The notes below the pieces were generated by a model. The model was not told the origin of the DNA. It ran no database searches and worked only from the letters and a program-made list of their open reading frames with translations. Below, one piece after another: positions 49,001 through 61,000 of a stretch of DNA of 64,000 nucleotides. The DNA comes from Podarcis liolepis. Taxonomy: Eukaryota. Position numbers and translations under genes: made by a program. Position 1 is the first letter of the stretch. The number at the start of each line of letters is the position of its first letter. The stretch is from NCBI GenBank assembly GCA_965112155.1, contig OZ218099.1; one strand, given 5' to 3'.

Positions 49001-52000
49001 CAAAATCCATCAACACATACAAGAGAAACATCCCATATGGGTCCCAGTGCCATTCTGGGGAAGGGAAGGGAAGAGGGGTGATGTGGTTGGAGGCCTGTAC
49101 TTGGTTTTCCTAGAAGCTCAGTGCCACCCAAAGCACAATAAAGGAAAATAAACTTTTTAATCAACAATGAGAAGCGCCAGCGTTCTCCATTGGGGCAATG
49201 GGCTGGGGACCCTAGGAATAAGGCAGTCTAAGCAATGACTAGAATAAGACTTATTCAATGTTCATTGGCTGTTATTGCAGTTGATGTGTTTGGAAAAAAA
49301 TCCTTCCTTGTTATCTTAACATTGTTGAGATTATTTCCTGGCTATAGTTTTAATAAAATTAAAATCGTCTGTTGGTTGTGATTGTGAAATTTAGTGTTTT
49401 CCTGGCAACTCTTCATTTATGCCTTTTCTGTGGCATTTCCAGAGAGAGGCAAAACCTTGATTCAAAAGAAACCCACTATGTACCCAGACTGGAAGTCTTC
49501 ATTTGATGCCCACATTTATGAAGGCCGCGTCATTCAGATTGTTCTCATGAAAGCAGCAGAAGACCCATTATCTGAGGTGACTGTGGGTGTATCTGTTTTG
49601 GCTGAAAGATGTAAGAAAGGCAATGGGAAAGCAGAATTCTGGGTGAGTATGACACCATGTGATTAATTATTTTATACTGTGTTACCCTAGGTCTATACAG
49701 CTTAGAACCAGATCTCTAAAGGACCACATGCTCATAGCATATGAATTTTTCACTTGTTAAGATAATTATCAGCAGAACTTCATGTTCTCAAAAAATGGGA
49801 ATGCTCCTTAGAAAAGGAACATAATGTGTGCTTCAATGTGCCTCATGTCCTTGATGTCATTACTGTGTCTTATTTCCACAACCTTGTTCTGTATCCCTGA
49901 CGGGGATAGAGAAAAGATTAGGCTAATATGTGATAAACTGACGGGCCTTGCAATTGTGACGTGTGCCCTCAGGATTTTAATCTGTCAGATGAAGTGCTGG
50001 TGGGCTAGTGGATCTGAGGCTGATAATTTACCCCAAAGTGAATTTGCCAGCAGTGGGTGGCGTTGTAACCTGGTAGTCCATAAATCTGGGCAAAGCTCAA
50101 ATGATGTTCTGTTTATTTAGAGAGGCTGTCAGTGGGAAACTGTGGGAATTGGTGGTATTTGGGTTAATGCAAATGATGTGGAACTTCCATACAGCCAGAC
50201 AATCCTTGTATGGTTTGTTTCCATTCAGCTGACGATAAATGAAATGTGGGGTGACTCCATAATAAGTAAGAAACTAACAGTATCAACATTGTTTTCATTG
50301 TGAAATAGATGTGAGAGAGAAGGAAAGTAGTTTTCAACTGTGACTTGCCCCTCTGCATGTGATATTTTCAGAATGTAAAACAAGATGGTTGCAGGAATTT
50401 TAGTGTAACTGAAAGGTAATTTGTTGATTTTCTTCTTCTTAGCTTGACTTGCAACCTCAAGGGAAAGTATTGATGGCTGTACAATATTTTCTAGAAGATG
50501 GAGGTAAGGAAATGGGTGAATATTAATATTAATATTATTCTTCAGTATCATTATTATTATCCAATATATAGTAAACATTAACTTTAAATTTGATGACGTT
50601 AGCTTGGATCCAGAGATGTGAGAATGGAAGGTGACTTCCCTGTTCCTCCTTCCCTCCAGCAGCCTCCTAAGTCCCCTGAAGAGCCTCTTGGGATAGCCTA
50701 TGGAATGGAGTGAGTTGTGGCATGGGAGCTGAGGAAGGGGAGATCTTCCCAGATTGAATGGGAGGTTCCCCAACCCTCAGAAAAAGTTTGGGGGCATCTC
50801 AGAGGGCTGCCAGGGGAAGAGTGTGAGCTTCTTTGCCTCACCCAAGTCAGACATGTGTGAGAAGAGGCTCTGTGCACATACTCACATGAGCATTCCTCCA
50901 TGCAAGGGGCCATAGCTTAGTGGTAGAGCATTTGCTTTTCATGCAGAGGGTCCCAAATTCAGTCCTCAACATCTCCAAGTTGGGCTGGCAATGTGTGAAA
51001 ACCTGGAGAGCTGCTGCCAGTCAATGTAGAGAAAGCTGAGCTAGGTGGAATGATGATGTAAGTCAATATAAAGTACTTTTCAAGGTTGCACATAAATGTG
51101 CGTAGATGCCCTTCTGATGTGTGCATGAGCATTGATGGATGGGTGACTGGCCATGGGATGTGGTGAGAGGCCAGCTGATAGGGACTCTTAACCACCTTAT
51201 GCACCCCTTTTACGTGTTGAGGTCATCTGGCACACAAACTCAGAAGCTTCTGCTTCATAAGCGTTGCTGAAAATTCATTTTCTATACCACAGGTGTTTCT
51301 CAGCCTGTTATCAAAGTGTTCTTGTTACCTGAAAGTGCACTGGCAGACACTTTGCTTCAGCAGAAGAAGTCACTTTGATCCTCTGCCACCCTCAAGAGGT
51401 TGCACAGGGGATGAACATTTCTACTGCTGCTCTTCATTTTAGCTCATCATGGTTGCTCATGAAAGCACACTAGTTTGGTGAATTTTCAGTGGGTAAACTA
51501 CCAAAGCACATCTTCTACTTGTCAGTCACCTGAGGTACCATGATCTCCTGTGAAGTGTATTCTTTTGCCCATTTGATTGCAAGCGACATGGACAAAGAAA
51601 TTCTCAAGGGCTTGCAGGCACCATGAATCATTGCCTGTAAAGCCTGCTCCCATTGCCTGCATGGTTTGATTTCTGACTATGCAGGCAAAGCCTTGGGGGA
51701 TTGCAGGCAATGATGGTCATATGGTTGGCATATGGGCTGCAAGAGGCCACATCTTTACTTGCCCCTATGTGTGGGGCAGGTGGGCATGTCTTGGGGGAAA
51801 TTACCTTGTGTGCCTAATTAGGACCTTTGCTGGGCCCACAAGCCAGAGGTTCCTCGTTGATGAATTAATCAGTTAAATGTTGTAGCCTTAGTTTTCAAAT
51901 GTGGGGGTAAATTAAGAATTGGAACGTGTAAGCATAAAAATAAGAAAATATTCTCATATATAGTAATTTATTATGCAAGTTTATGGCAAGAAATTTCACA

Positions 52001-55000
52001 ATACATCTGGTCTAGGAGCTCCCTGCACATATCTCCAATGCACACATGGCACTCTTACATGCTAAGGATCTTCACCTAATCAGTGGTATACGCAGCTTGC
52101 TGCACACATTTCATTAAAAAAAATTAAGACAGTTATTCAAAAGTTATAGTACAATTACTATACAATACGTTTTCAATCAATATATCCCCTCCACAGACAG
52201 TTCTGTGATGATGGTGGCATTAAAATATTCTGTTCCTCTTCAATAAAAGAGAAAAAGAGAGACCAGATTGTCTCAAAGCTATCTTTTTTGGAGATGTCTT
52301 TGATTAGTTGCTGATGGTATGTGAGGCATTCTGATAGACAATGCTCCAGATGTTATTAACCCAAGCCTCTATTGGTATATGAGAAGTTTTCTTCCATCAT
52401 TTCATGATGTACAGAGCAATTCGCTTGTCATTGAACTAAAATGGCATGTTTCCAAATTGATGTGCCCTAGATTAAATTCTCTTCTCCATATGAGAGCAGA
52501 AAGAATATGCCATCATTCCTGGAATTGAGGGGTAGAAGATGGTTGAACGCTAGACTTGGGGTCCCACAAATGAGTCTTCTCCCCTCCCCCCCATATAAAA
52601 ATGATGCTTATAAGAAGCAGAACTGGTTGCCAATTTCTTTGTTTATTTTAATGAAGTTACTGACCTTATCCAGTCACAGAACTTAGCACCTCAGTGGTTG
52701 GTTTACTTTCGTACTGAGTGTCTCACTCTCTGTGTTAAGCAGCTTTGGAGGCAGCAAGAATAGCTTTCTCTTTCTGGAATAATGCCGCGGACTTCAGCAA
52801 TAAAACGGAAGGGTTTGTCAATTGCTTTCTTTTAAAAATAGGTAGTTTCCGTAGGGAACAAAGTATTTTAGCACTTTCAGTGGGTGGGGAAGATTATATG
52901 GATAATCGAATGCTCATTAACTGCAGGTTAATGCAGGAAAGAGTTATCTGAAAAGTGTTGCCTATTTCTGTGTGATTTATAGATTGTATTAATACATATG
53001 CATGTTCTCCATAGCTAAATTTCTTTTTAATGGACCTACAGTAAATGACAATAACTGGCAATATTTCCATCTGATAAAACTCTTAATGGGAATTGTAGCT
53101 TTCTTGCACTGTTCATTCACTACCCCCATTCATTTCAATGGAAACTGTGCAAAAGGTCTGAGCAAAGGTTTTTCCTTTGTTTGGTAAGATGTGAAAGCTT
53201 GGTGGCATGTTCTAATATTTATAGCCTTTGACAGCTTTCCACAATTTTTTCATGCTAGTTGCTATCACTTGGACTGCTGTACATGGCAGAATTCCCTAAA
53301 TAGTGTGTAAGAAGTATAGATTTCCATTTTTAAAAAATGCAAGATTTTGCTAAAAGTTGTCCACATCTTCATAGCTTCATAAAAATAGAATGTGGGGAGG
53401 ATGAGGGGTAGGGCAAAAAGGGTAATTTTTCCTTCCACTTTGTTCCAGATGCTTCCTATCCTTGATTCAGTTAAATATAGAGGACAACTTCTGCTAGGCA
53501 TGTCACTTAGTGGATCAGGAATTACGTTTGTGAATTGCATCCAAATGCAGATCTGAATGTGCATCCCATTGAAAACAATGTAGTGTTTACAGACCACCTG
53601 TGCACGTTTTGGTTCATTTGTATGAACATCTGACACAGTGAGTGACTATGCATGGAGATGCATAATTCTGAGCATGGATCTCCTTTCCTGGATTGGTCCA
53701 TAGTGCTGGCGACAGATTCCATAGCCCACCTGGGCTTCAGAATGCCTATGAGGGTGGGGGATTCTATGTATGTCCTCCAATACCAGTTCTTCCCTTGTGA
53801 TCCTTTAAATGACAATGGGGAATTATTGAGGCCAAGCTCCCAGGCTGAAGGGGAGCAAGCACCAAGCCACTTTATTCACTTCAGCCAACCTCCCATTTCT
53901 GACTGGATGAAAGTTGATCCCTCAATTATAGGGGAAAGAGGTGTACAGTCCCTGCTCTTGCTAGCCTCTGGGCAGCTCGGTATTATCTTTTTTCCTGCAT
54001 ACCTCAGGAATCCATCTCCCCAAGTATGCAGGAATCTGCTCCTACCCTCTTCCTAGAACTGCGTTATGCAGACCTTTTTGGTGCCTTGCATTCATACATA
54101 ACACTACACCATTGTTTAATGCTAGATGAGCTGCCACTTTTCCTTTCCTCCTCCCTCATGACCAGCAGGAGGATTTCTGCAGTCATTAGAGTCCCTTTCA
54201 CATTAGTGTCATGTTGCCTGAACCAGAAATCCTGCCTTAAGCTCTGGGAAGTTTCGACACAAGCCACCTTCAAACCTGTGGGCTTGTTTTGAAGCTTCCT
54301 CAAGTTTGTCGTAAGTCTGGGTTCCTCTTCCATATAACATGACAAGCCGTCAACGGGAAGAGCATGTGAGCCCAGTGCATTGCGTTCTGCATCTCATTTA
54401 CATAGCGCTAAAATATGGCTTAGCATTATGCATAGATTGCAGTCAGTGTATTACATATAAAGCACTCACTTTACTGAAGGGGAAGTGATACTTTGTGATG
54501 TTAGCAAATACATGCAACTTCCAGCAGCATCTAGTATTACACCAGTTTCCTGATGTGTATATGTGGATGTATTGTAAAAAATGTTTCTTTAAAAATGTGG
54601 AAAATAAAACATCTCGATTTTGGGAGAGAGAAAGTTATTGCCACTCCTTTGACTTTGACTTGGCCAGTGGTGCAGCAGTAAAACTGCTAGTACAGTTTGC
54701 AAAGCTAAGCAGGCTCCAGTATGGTTTCAAATAGGATGGGGGACAGTGTGTTGAGTTTTCCTGCATTGCAGGGGGTTGCACTCGATGACCCAACTCTACA
54801 ATTCTATGATTCATCTGGTTACCAACCAGATGAATTGACTGGTTGCTTCAAAAACGGTTCTCTTTCTAATTCTAGTAATTTATTTTTAAATAGAGCATCA
54901 TTTTTGCATATATATTGTTAAATATCATTGGTATTTCAGAAGCATTTTATAAGTTTCAAATGTTACGAGCCACATACAAAATCTAATTCTGACTAGTAGC

Positions 55001-58000
55001 TGGAGTTCCTCCTGTTACTTCCTTCCTTTGCAACAGAGCTCTCTGTCACTTCTTCTTTCCCTGACACCCTTACTTTTCCTACTTCTGCTCTGTGTTCTTT
55101 TTCAGATGTACTTTTTATACACTTGATGCATACATTCGTAAAAGAGGAAAAAGAAAAACTTAGGGAAGCAGTATCCTTCCTTTCAGCATACAAAAGAGAT
55201 CCCTACTGGCATTCAGCTCTCATCCCCTGATCTTAGGCAGGCTTGCTGCAAAGCATTCAGCCATTCCACCTAATCCAGGGCCCTTCCGCTCCTCCTTAAT
55301 CAACTGCTGGTCTTCTCTTCTACAAGACTCCAGCCCACATCACTCTTGATGCTCTGAATTGTAACAGCTTGGGGAAGAGCCTGAAGAAAGCACTGGATAT
55401 AAGGGAGGCAGAGGGGGACTTGGGGCTCACGGGAATTGCTTGGAGTGTTGCAGTGAATTTGTTACAGTGGAAGCACACCTTCGAGCACCAGGATTGTTTC
55501 AAAAAATGTGTCACCAGAGCAGATAATTTTGTAATTTCTGGGCTGCAATGGAGAAATGAAACAGCTTGGACTTTTATCTTGGTCCTAAACACATTTGCTA
55601 GATTTAAGTGGAGCATGTATTTATTGAGATCAGTTTGAGATTACAAAAACTAAGGAAACATTGGAATAATTTTCCAGACTTGCAAATGTACTGGTTAGTA
55701 TCTTGCTCCTGTCTTCCAGCCCTCAGAGTTCACAGAAACTAGCTGCTGTTCCATTCACTTTGAGAAAGACAGAGTGCTAAAACTGAGTAAGCCATAGAGA
55801 AAATGGTGTCTATGTACTGATACTCTTTTAACGGGAAACTCATCAAACTCAGGTTGTTTGTAGCTTTCCATTGCACAAGAGGAAACAGCACTTGTGTCGG
55901 AAGATTGAAAAGGTCAGAAAGGGGATTTCCCCTTGTCTTTGAGACACATCCACAATTTAACTGTTTCCCCCCTATTGCTAAAGGAACACATTACATACAG
56001 CAAAACCAGATTAATTTGGCACTTTGCTGTACATGTTTTGTGCATGTGGGGATAATAAGGAGTAGGGAGATGTGGGAGAGAAAAGATAGCAGACCAAGCA
56101 GAGGGAAGCCAGGGCAAATTTTGCATGTTGAGTCAGTGCATTTGCCAAGTCCTTCAATATTTGCCTAAAATAAAACTGCAGGGGAACAAAACACTTTTAA
56201 AAAAACTACTACTCTTGTGTATTTACAGTGAAATGATTTCCTAATTCCATCAGTTTGAACTAATACTACCAGAAGCAGCGCCATCATGCTTATTAAAACA
56301 CACACACCCTTCTTTTAAATATAGTAGTGCCAGGCACTGTGGTGCCATTACTTCCCCTACACTGAAAGTAAGTTGTTTTGGATCCAAGCATCATTCTTCA
56401 TATTCTTGCCTAACTACAAACACTTTGCACAAGAAAACAGAAATTGTGCCCAATCTCTTGGTTGCATTTTCAAGTGATTTTAGCTCACATTTCAATCACT
56501 TTATTTTCTCCTCCTCTGTCTTCCACAGACTTTCTGCATCTGGGGTGGAGAACTTTTTTCAGCCCAAAGGTCATAGAAACTTGTGAGAAATCTTTTGTAT
56601 GCCTGTGTTGGGTGGGACCAGAAGCAGAAGTGGGCAGCAGAGCAATGGCTGTGATTCTTATCTGTATGCAGTAAGCAACATTCCAGCCATGTACAGAAAT
56701 CAAGACTTTCTGCACACGTGAATATATCTATACACATTTTTCTATCGTTTACACAGGCAAGCAAGAAGCACAAGTCAATACCACAGTGCCACCAGGCAAA
56801 AGCAGTCAAAAGTGCATGTCTGCTGGAAAGAGTCTCAAGCTGAATAGTGGGTCGGGCAGGGTGCAGGTTCCCTAAGCCTGCCCTAAATAAAATCATTTGA
56901 TTTCCCTTTGCGTACTGAAAGGGCATTTCTATAGCAGAATAAAAGAAAAATGATGTATTCATTAACCTAATTCCAGCCTTTTAAAGGTATAGCTTCACAG
57001 TAGTTTGGTTCCGGAAGTTGGCCAACAAATATTGTGTACCTTTTTGCTCATGGTAATATTTGGATATTCTAAACTGTCTTGGGTGCCTTGGCGGAACAGA
57101 AAAAAAAATGCAAAAAGGATGTATGTGTTCAGATCATTAAGTTTTAGTGGTCAGCATGGAAATAGGGGAAAGGTTGGGGTTTTGTGCCTTTCCCCCCAGC
57201 ACTGTAGTTGTGGCTAGAGTGCCTGCTATCTGATATAGAATTTCCATATTGCTGAGTTTTTCTAACACGCTCCATATCTTCAGTTCATTTTAATTTTTAT
57301 ATTACTGCAGCAGCACTTGACAGAAGACAGTCGAAGGAAAGGAACAAGCATGTGCTCTTCTTTTTTTAGTGATAGTGTTTTATCACTAAGTTAAAATGTA
57401 CCTGTTAAACTAAATAATGAAACAGTTATTCCTTTTATAAATACAAATTTCACTGTTTCATTTCTTTGCTTCCAGACAGCAAGCAGTCAATGAGAGAAGA
57501 TGAAGGAACTGTGACTATGAACAGGAGAGGAGCAATCAAACAGGCCAAGATCCACTACATCAAAAACCATGAGTTCATTGCCACCTTCTTTGGGCAACCT
57601 ACATTTTGCTCTGTCTGTAAAGATTTTGTGTGGTGAGAGCTATTGTCTGTGTTTTATCTATATGTTGCACACAGCTCTGGCCTAGAGCAAGAACTGGCGG
57701 ATTCAGTTTTACCATTTTCTTCTGCTAGCTTGAATACTACTCTAGCATTAGTTTTCCATAGAGTGACTGCCTCTAGGAAACCCTGAAGATTCTTTTTTTC
57801 TGACCTGAAAATGAGCTTTTTAACAGTTTACAAGGGTGGCTTAAGTGGGCTTCTTGAACCAAGAACCTTCAGAACCACGTCAAAACAGCCAACAACCCCT
57901 GCATCAACCACTGATGGATTTCATCAACAACCTTCCCCAACCTTGTACCTTCCAAATGCTTTGGACGGCAACGTCCACCAAAAACATCCAGAGGGCACCT

Positions 58001-61000
58001 GTTTGGGGAATGTCCAATCAGAACCACAGTTTATTTATTTGACAAATTCATACACTGCTTCTCATCATGAAGTCATCAGAGTGGTATACAAGATGCACAA
58101 ACAAGAAAAGCATCTCTACAAAATCTAGAAATCAAATCCAATCACTTCTGCTGATGTGCAGTTAATATTTCATACGGTGTTCTGAAGGTTTGTGGCAGCT
58201 GACTTCTTCAGCTTGACTGTTCTCTCTCATCCACTTGGGTACAGCCTCCATTTTCTAAGACAGCTTCTCCCATCTGGGACCACTTTGAAATGCAGGTAGC
58301 TAGGTATTAACAGCAGGTTGATGTTTCCCTACTTCAAAAGTGTATTGTGACTTCTCTAGGAAAAGAAAGATTCACGTGTTTCAGTGGGATCAGCTGCATA
58401 TTCTTAATAAGACCTTGGGCTGATAAAGCAACTTGTATGTCTGAATATATTATGTTTTATAAGTTTTGCTTGTGACTAAACCCTCCCCCCATTTCCTTTA
58501 CAGGGGCCTAAACAAGCAGGGATATAAATGTAGACGTAAGTTAATTGCATTGTCTTTTATTCTTGGGTGGTAATAGCCGGTGAGAAACTTTAGTAGATGT
58601 AGTACAAATTGTTGATAATCACTATAGGTAACCTATTCTTTTAGATGCCAGGTAAAACACTACTTTTTCTGTCAGGCTTTTAGAGGCTGATCATTTAAGT
58701 CATTTTTACAATTCTGTTATGTGGTTTATGAGAGTTATTTTAATGTTTCTGTTTATCTTGTTACCTTATGTTTGTAAACCACCCTGTGACCATTTTGGGT
58801 GAAGGGTGCTATAGAAGTAGCTGAATAAATAAGATTAAATTGCAGCAGTTCCTAATTATTCATTTTTGTTTTAACATTTAAACACCTGCTGAAAACATTT
58901 CTGTGCTAACAGGCTTATGCAGGCAATTAAGAAAACATGTTCCTGTAGTTGATGCTGGTTTAAAATTTTATGTAGTTTTAAAAATTATATCAAGATATTG
59001 TTGTAAACTACTTTGATTTTTTATGATATAGTGGTATGAATATATTTTTTAAATAAATAAATATTACGCTTGTCTAGGGCTACCATTTTCCAGATAACAA
59101 AAGGGCCTTTTATTTTTTTTGTCACAGAAAAACAAGAAGGCATCTTGTGATACCTTAAAATGCTAACAGATATCTTTAAAATTCAACCCTAATAGTAAAA
59201 GCTTTCCAATGTATCATTTCTACTGATGTATATAAAGTTGTAACTATCATACAACTGATAAATGAAAATCAGAGAAAATAACATTTTTGTGTAGAATACT
59301 TTATTTATATATATCTCCCTCCATGAAACTTAACTGCCTGTATCTTTCTATTCCTGTTGCTCTTCTGAAGAATGTAATGCTGCTATTCACAAAAAATGCA
59401 TTGATAAAATCATTGGGAGATGTACTGGTACTGCAGCGAACAGCAGAGATACAATGGTAAGTAATAAAACATTTTATATGTTCATTAACCGCAGTATGTA
59501 TTGTGTGTACAAAAAAAAGACATGCAGCGGTAAAGAAAACCAGATATGTGCTTTTCACATATTATGTAAATTTGGCATGCTTATTTACTTTTGCCTATTA
59601 TTTTGTTTCTTAAGAATCAAGTTATCAGAGATCTTGAGCGTGATTTATTTTTTGCAAGTGGGAAGGCAAGAAAAGACAACATGTGGGTCTGAGCAGCTAA
59701 GCAAATTGCTGTTCAGTTTAAAGTTTTGTCTTTTGGTCCAGGTCCTGCAGTTCAGCAGAAGTTATCCAAAAGGCCCAAGAGAATTTTTTAAAAGTCTTTA
59801 AGGAACTATGCAGTCTTGTTCCCTTACCCTGGGAGAAAGGGATTTGTGCAATCCCTACCTTAAGTCTGTCTGACCAAGCACAAAGAAGTTCCTGAGTTTA
59901 AAGAGACAAAAAACATATGCTTCCTTCTTTTGCATAATTTGTCAGAATAAAGGCATTCTTCTTGACTTGCTCAAAAACTCCTCTATGCATTGGCTCACCT
60001 GTCATTTCCCACATGTATTGATGTTTTCCTATATTTTGTGGCTGCAGATATATCTGCTCTAAAGAAACGCAATGTGTGTGAATGAGTGGGCAGGATACTG
60101 TGCTTCAAATTTGCCATTTCAGGCACAAAGAAGCACAGTATACACACAACACTGTCCATGGAGACTTTTTCTTGGACATTTTAGAATACATTTTTATTTA
60201 GAATTCTTGTGGGCAGGGTCTCTAATATGTTAAATTCTATAAATGGTTTTGTTTTTTTATTTTGTTCAACTTGTTGCTTGTGTCAACCTTCTGGCTACGT
60301 GATCGGATAAATAATGGATTTCTCATTCCCTCTCCTTGAAAATCTTGTGTGAGAGAAATCTCCAAATACTTGTTTTACTCCCCCCCCCCCAACATAAACG
60401 TGTCTTCAGTTTCAGAAGGAGCGCTTCCACATCGATATGCCTCACAGGTTCAAAGTTTACAACTACATGAGTCCTACCTTCTGTGATCATTGTGGTAGTC
60501 TTCTCTGGGGACTTGTTAAGCAAGGATTAAAATGTGAAGGTACAGTCTGTTTCTTTTGGCCATTACAAGCTTTGGGCAAAATAGCTGTGCTAGGGGGAAT
60601 TTTGAAGAGGGAAGGGATCAGTTTCTTGATTACAGTAGCACCTTGGCTTACATTACCCTTGGCTAACGTAAACTTCAGGTTGCGAAAGCAGCAAACGCGG
60701 AAGTGTTTCACTGCGCGCGCATGCGCAGAAGCGGTTTACCGCTTCTCCTCCGGTTGCGAAAACCTCAGGATCTGGCCGGACCTCTGGAACGGATCCCGTT
60801 CGAAACCGGAGGTACCACTGTATATGCTTGTACTGTATTTAAGAGTTAAACAGAAAAGTATGCGCATGGTTTGTGTTTTCTAAAGTTTTTTTTAAAAAAA
60901 CAAAACAAAACACAACTTAACAACCTTCAACTGTGTTCACAAGTAAAAAGAAATAGATGATCTCCAAACCAAATGCTTTTCTTGTTGTTGTTTTTTCATG

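Noticed and set aside
50906-50975. Possible tRNA gene
   Set aside because: The B box and stems are degenerate and it continues into a SINE body; the same applies to 42625-42704.
60410-60415. Tandem acceptor 6 nt into exon 7 (would delete FQ)
   Set aside because: The second AG is simply the conserved Gln codon; no evidence of use.
60437-60883. 148-aa ORF extending exon 7
   Set aside because: Read-through of the exon into intron and MITE sequence; PKC similarity stops at the 60540 donor.
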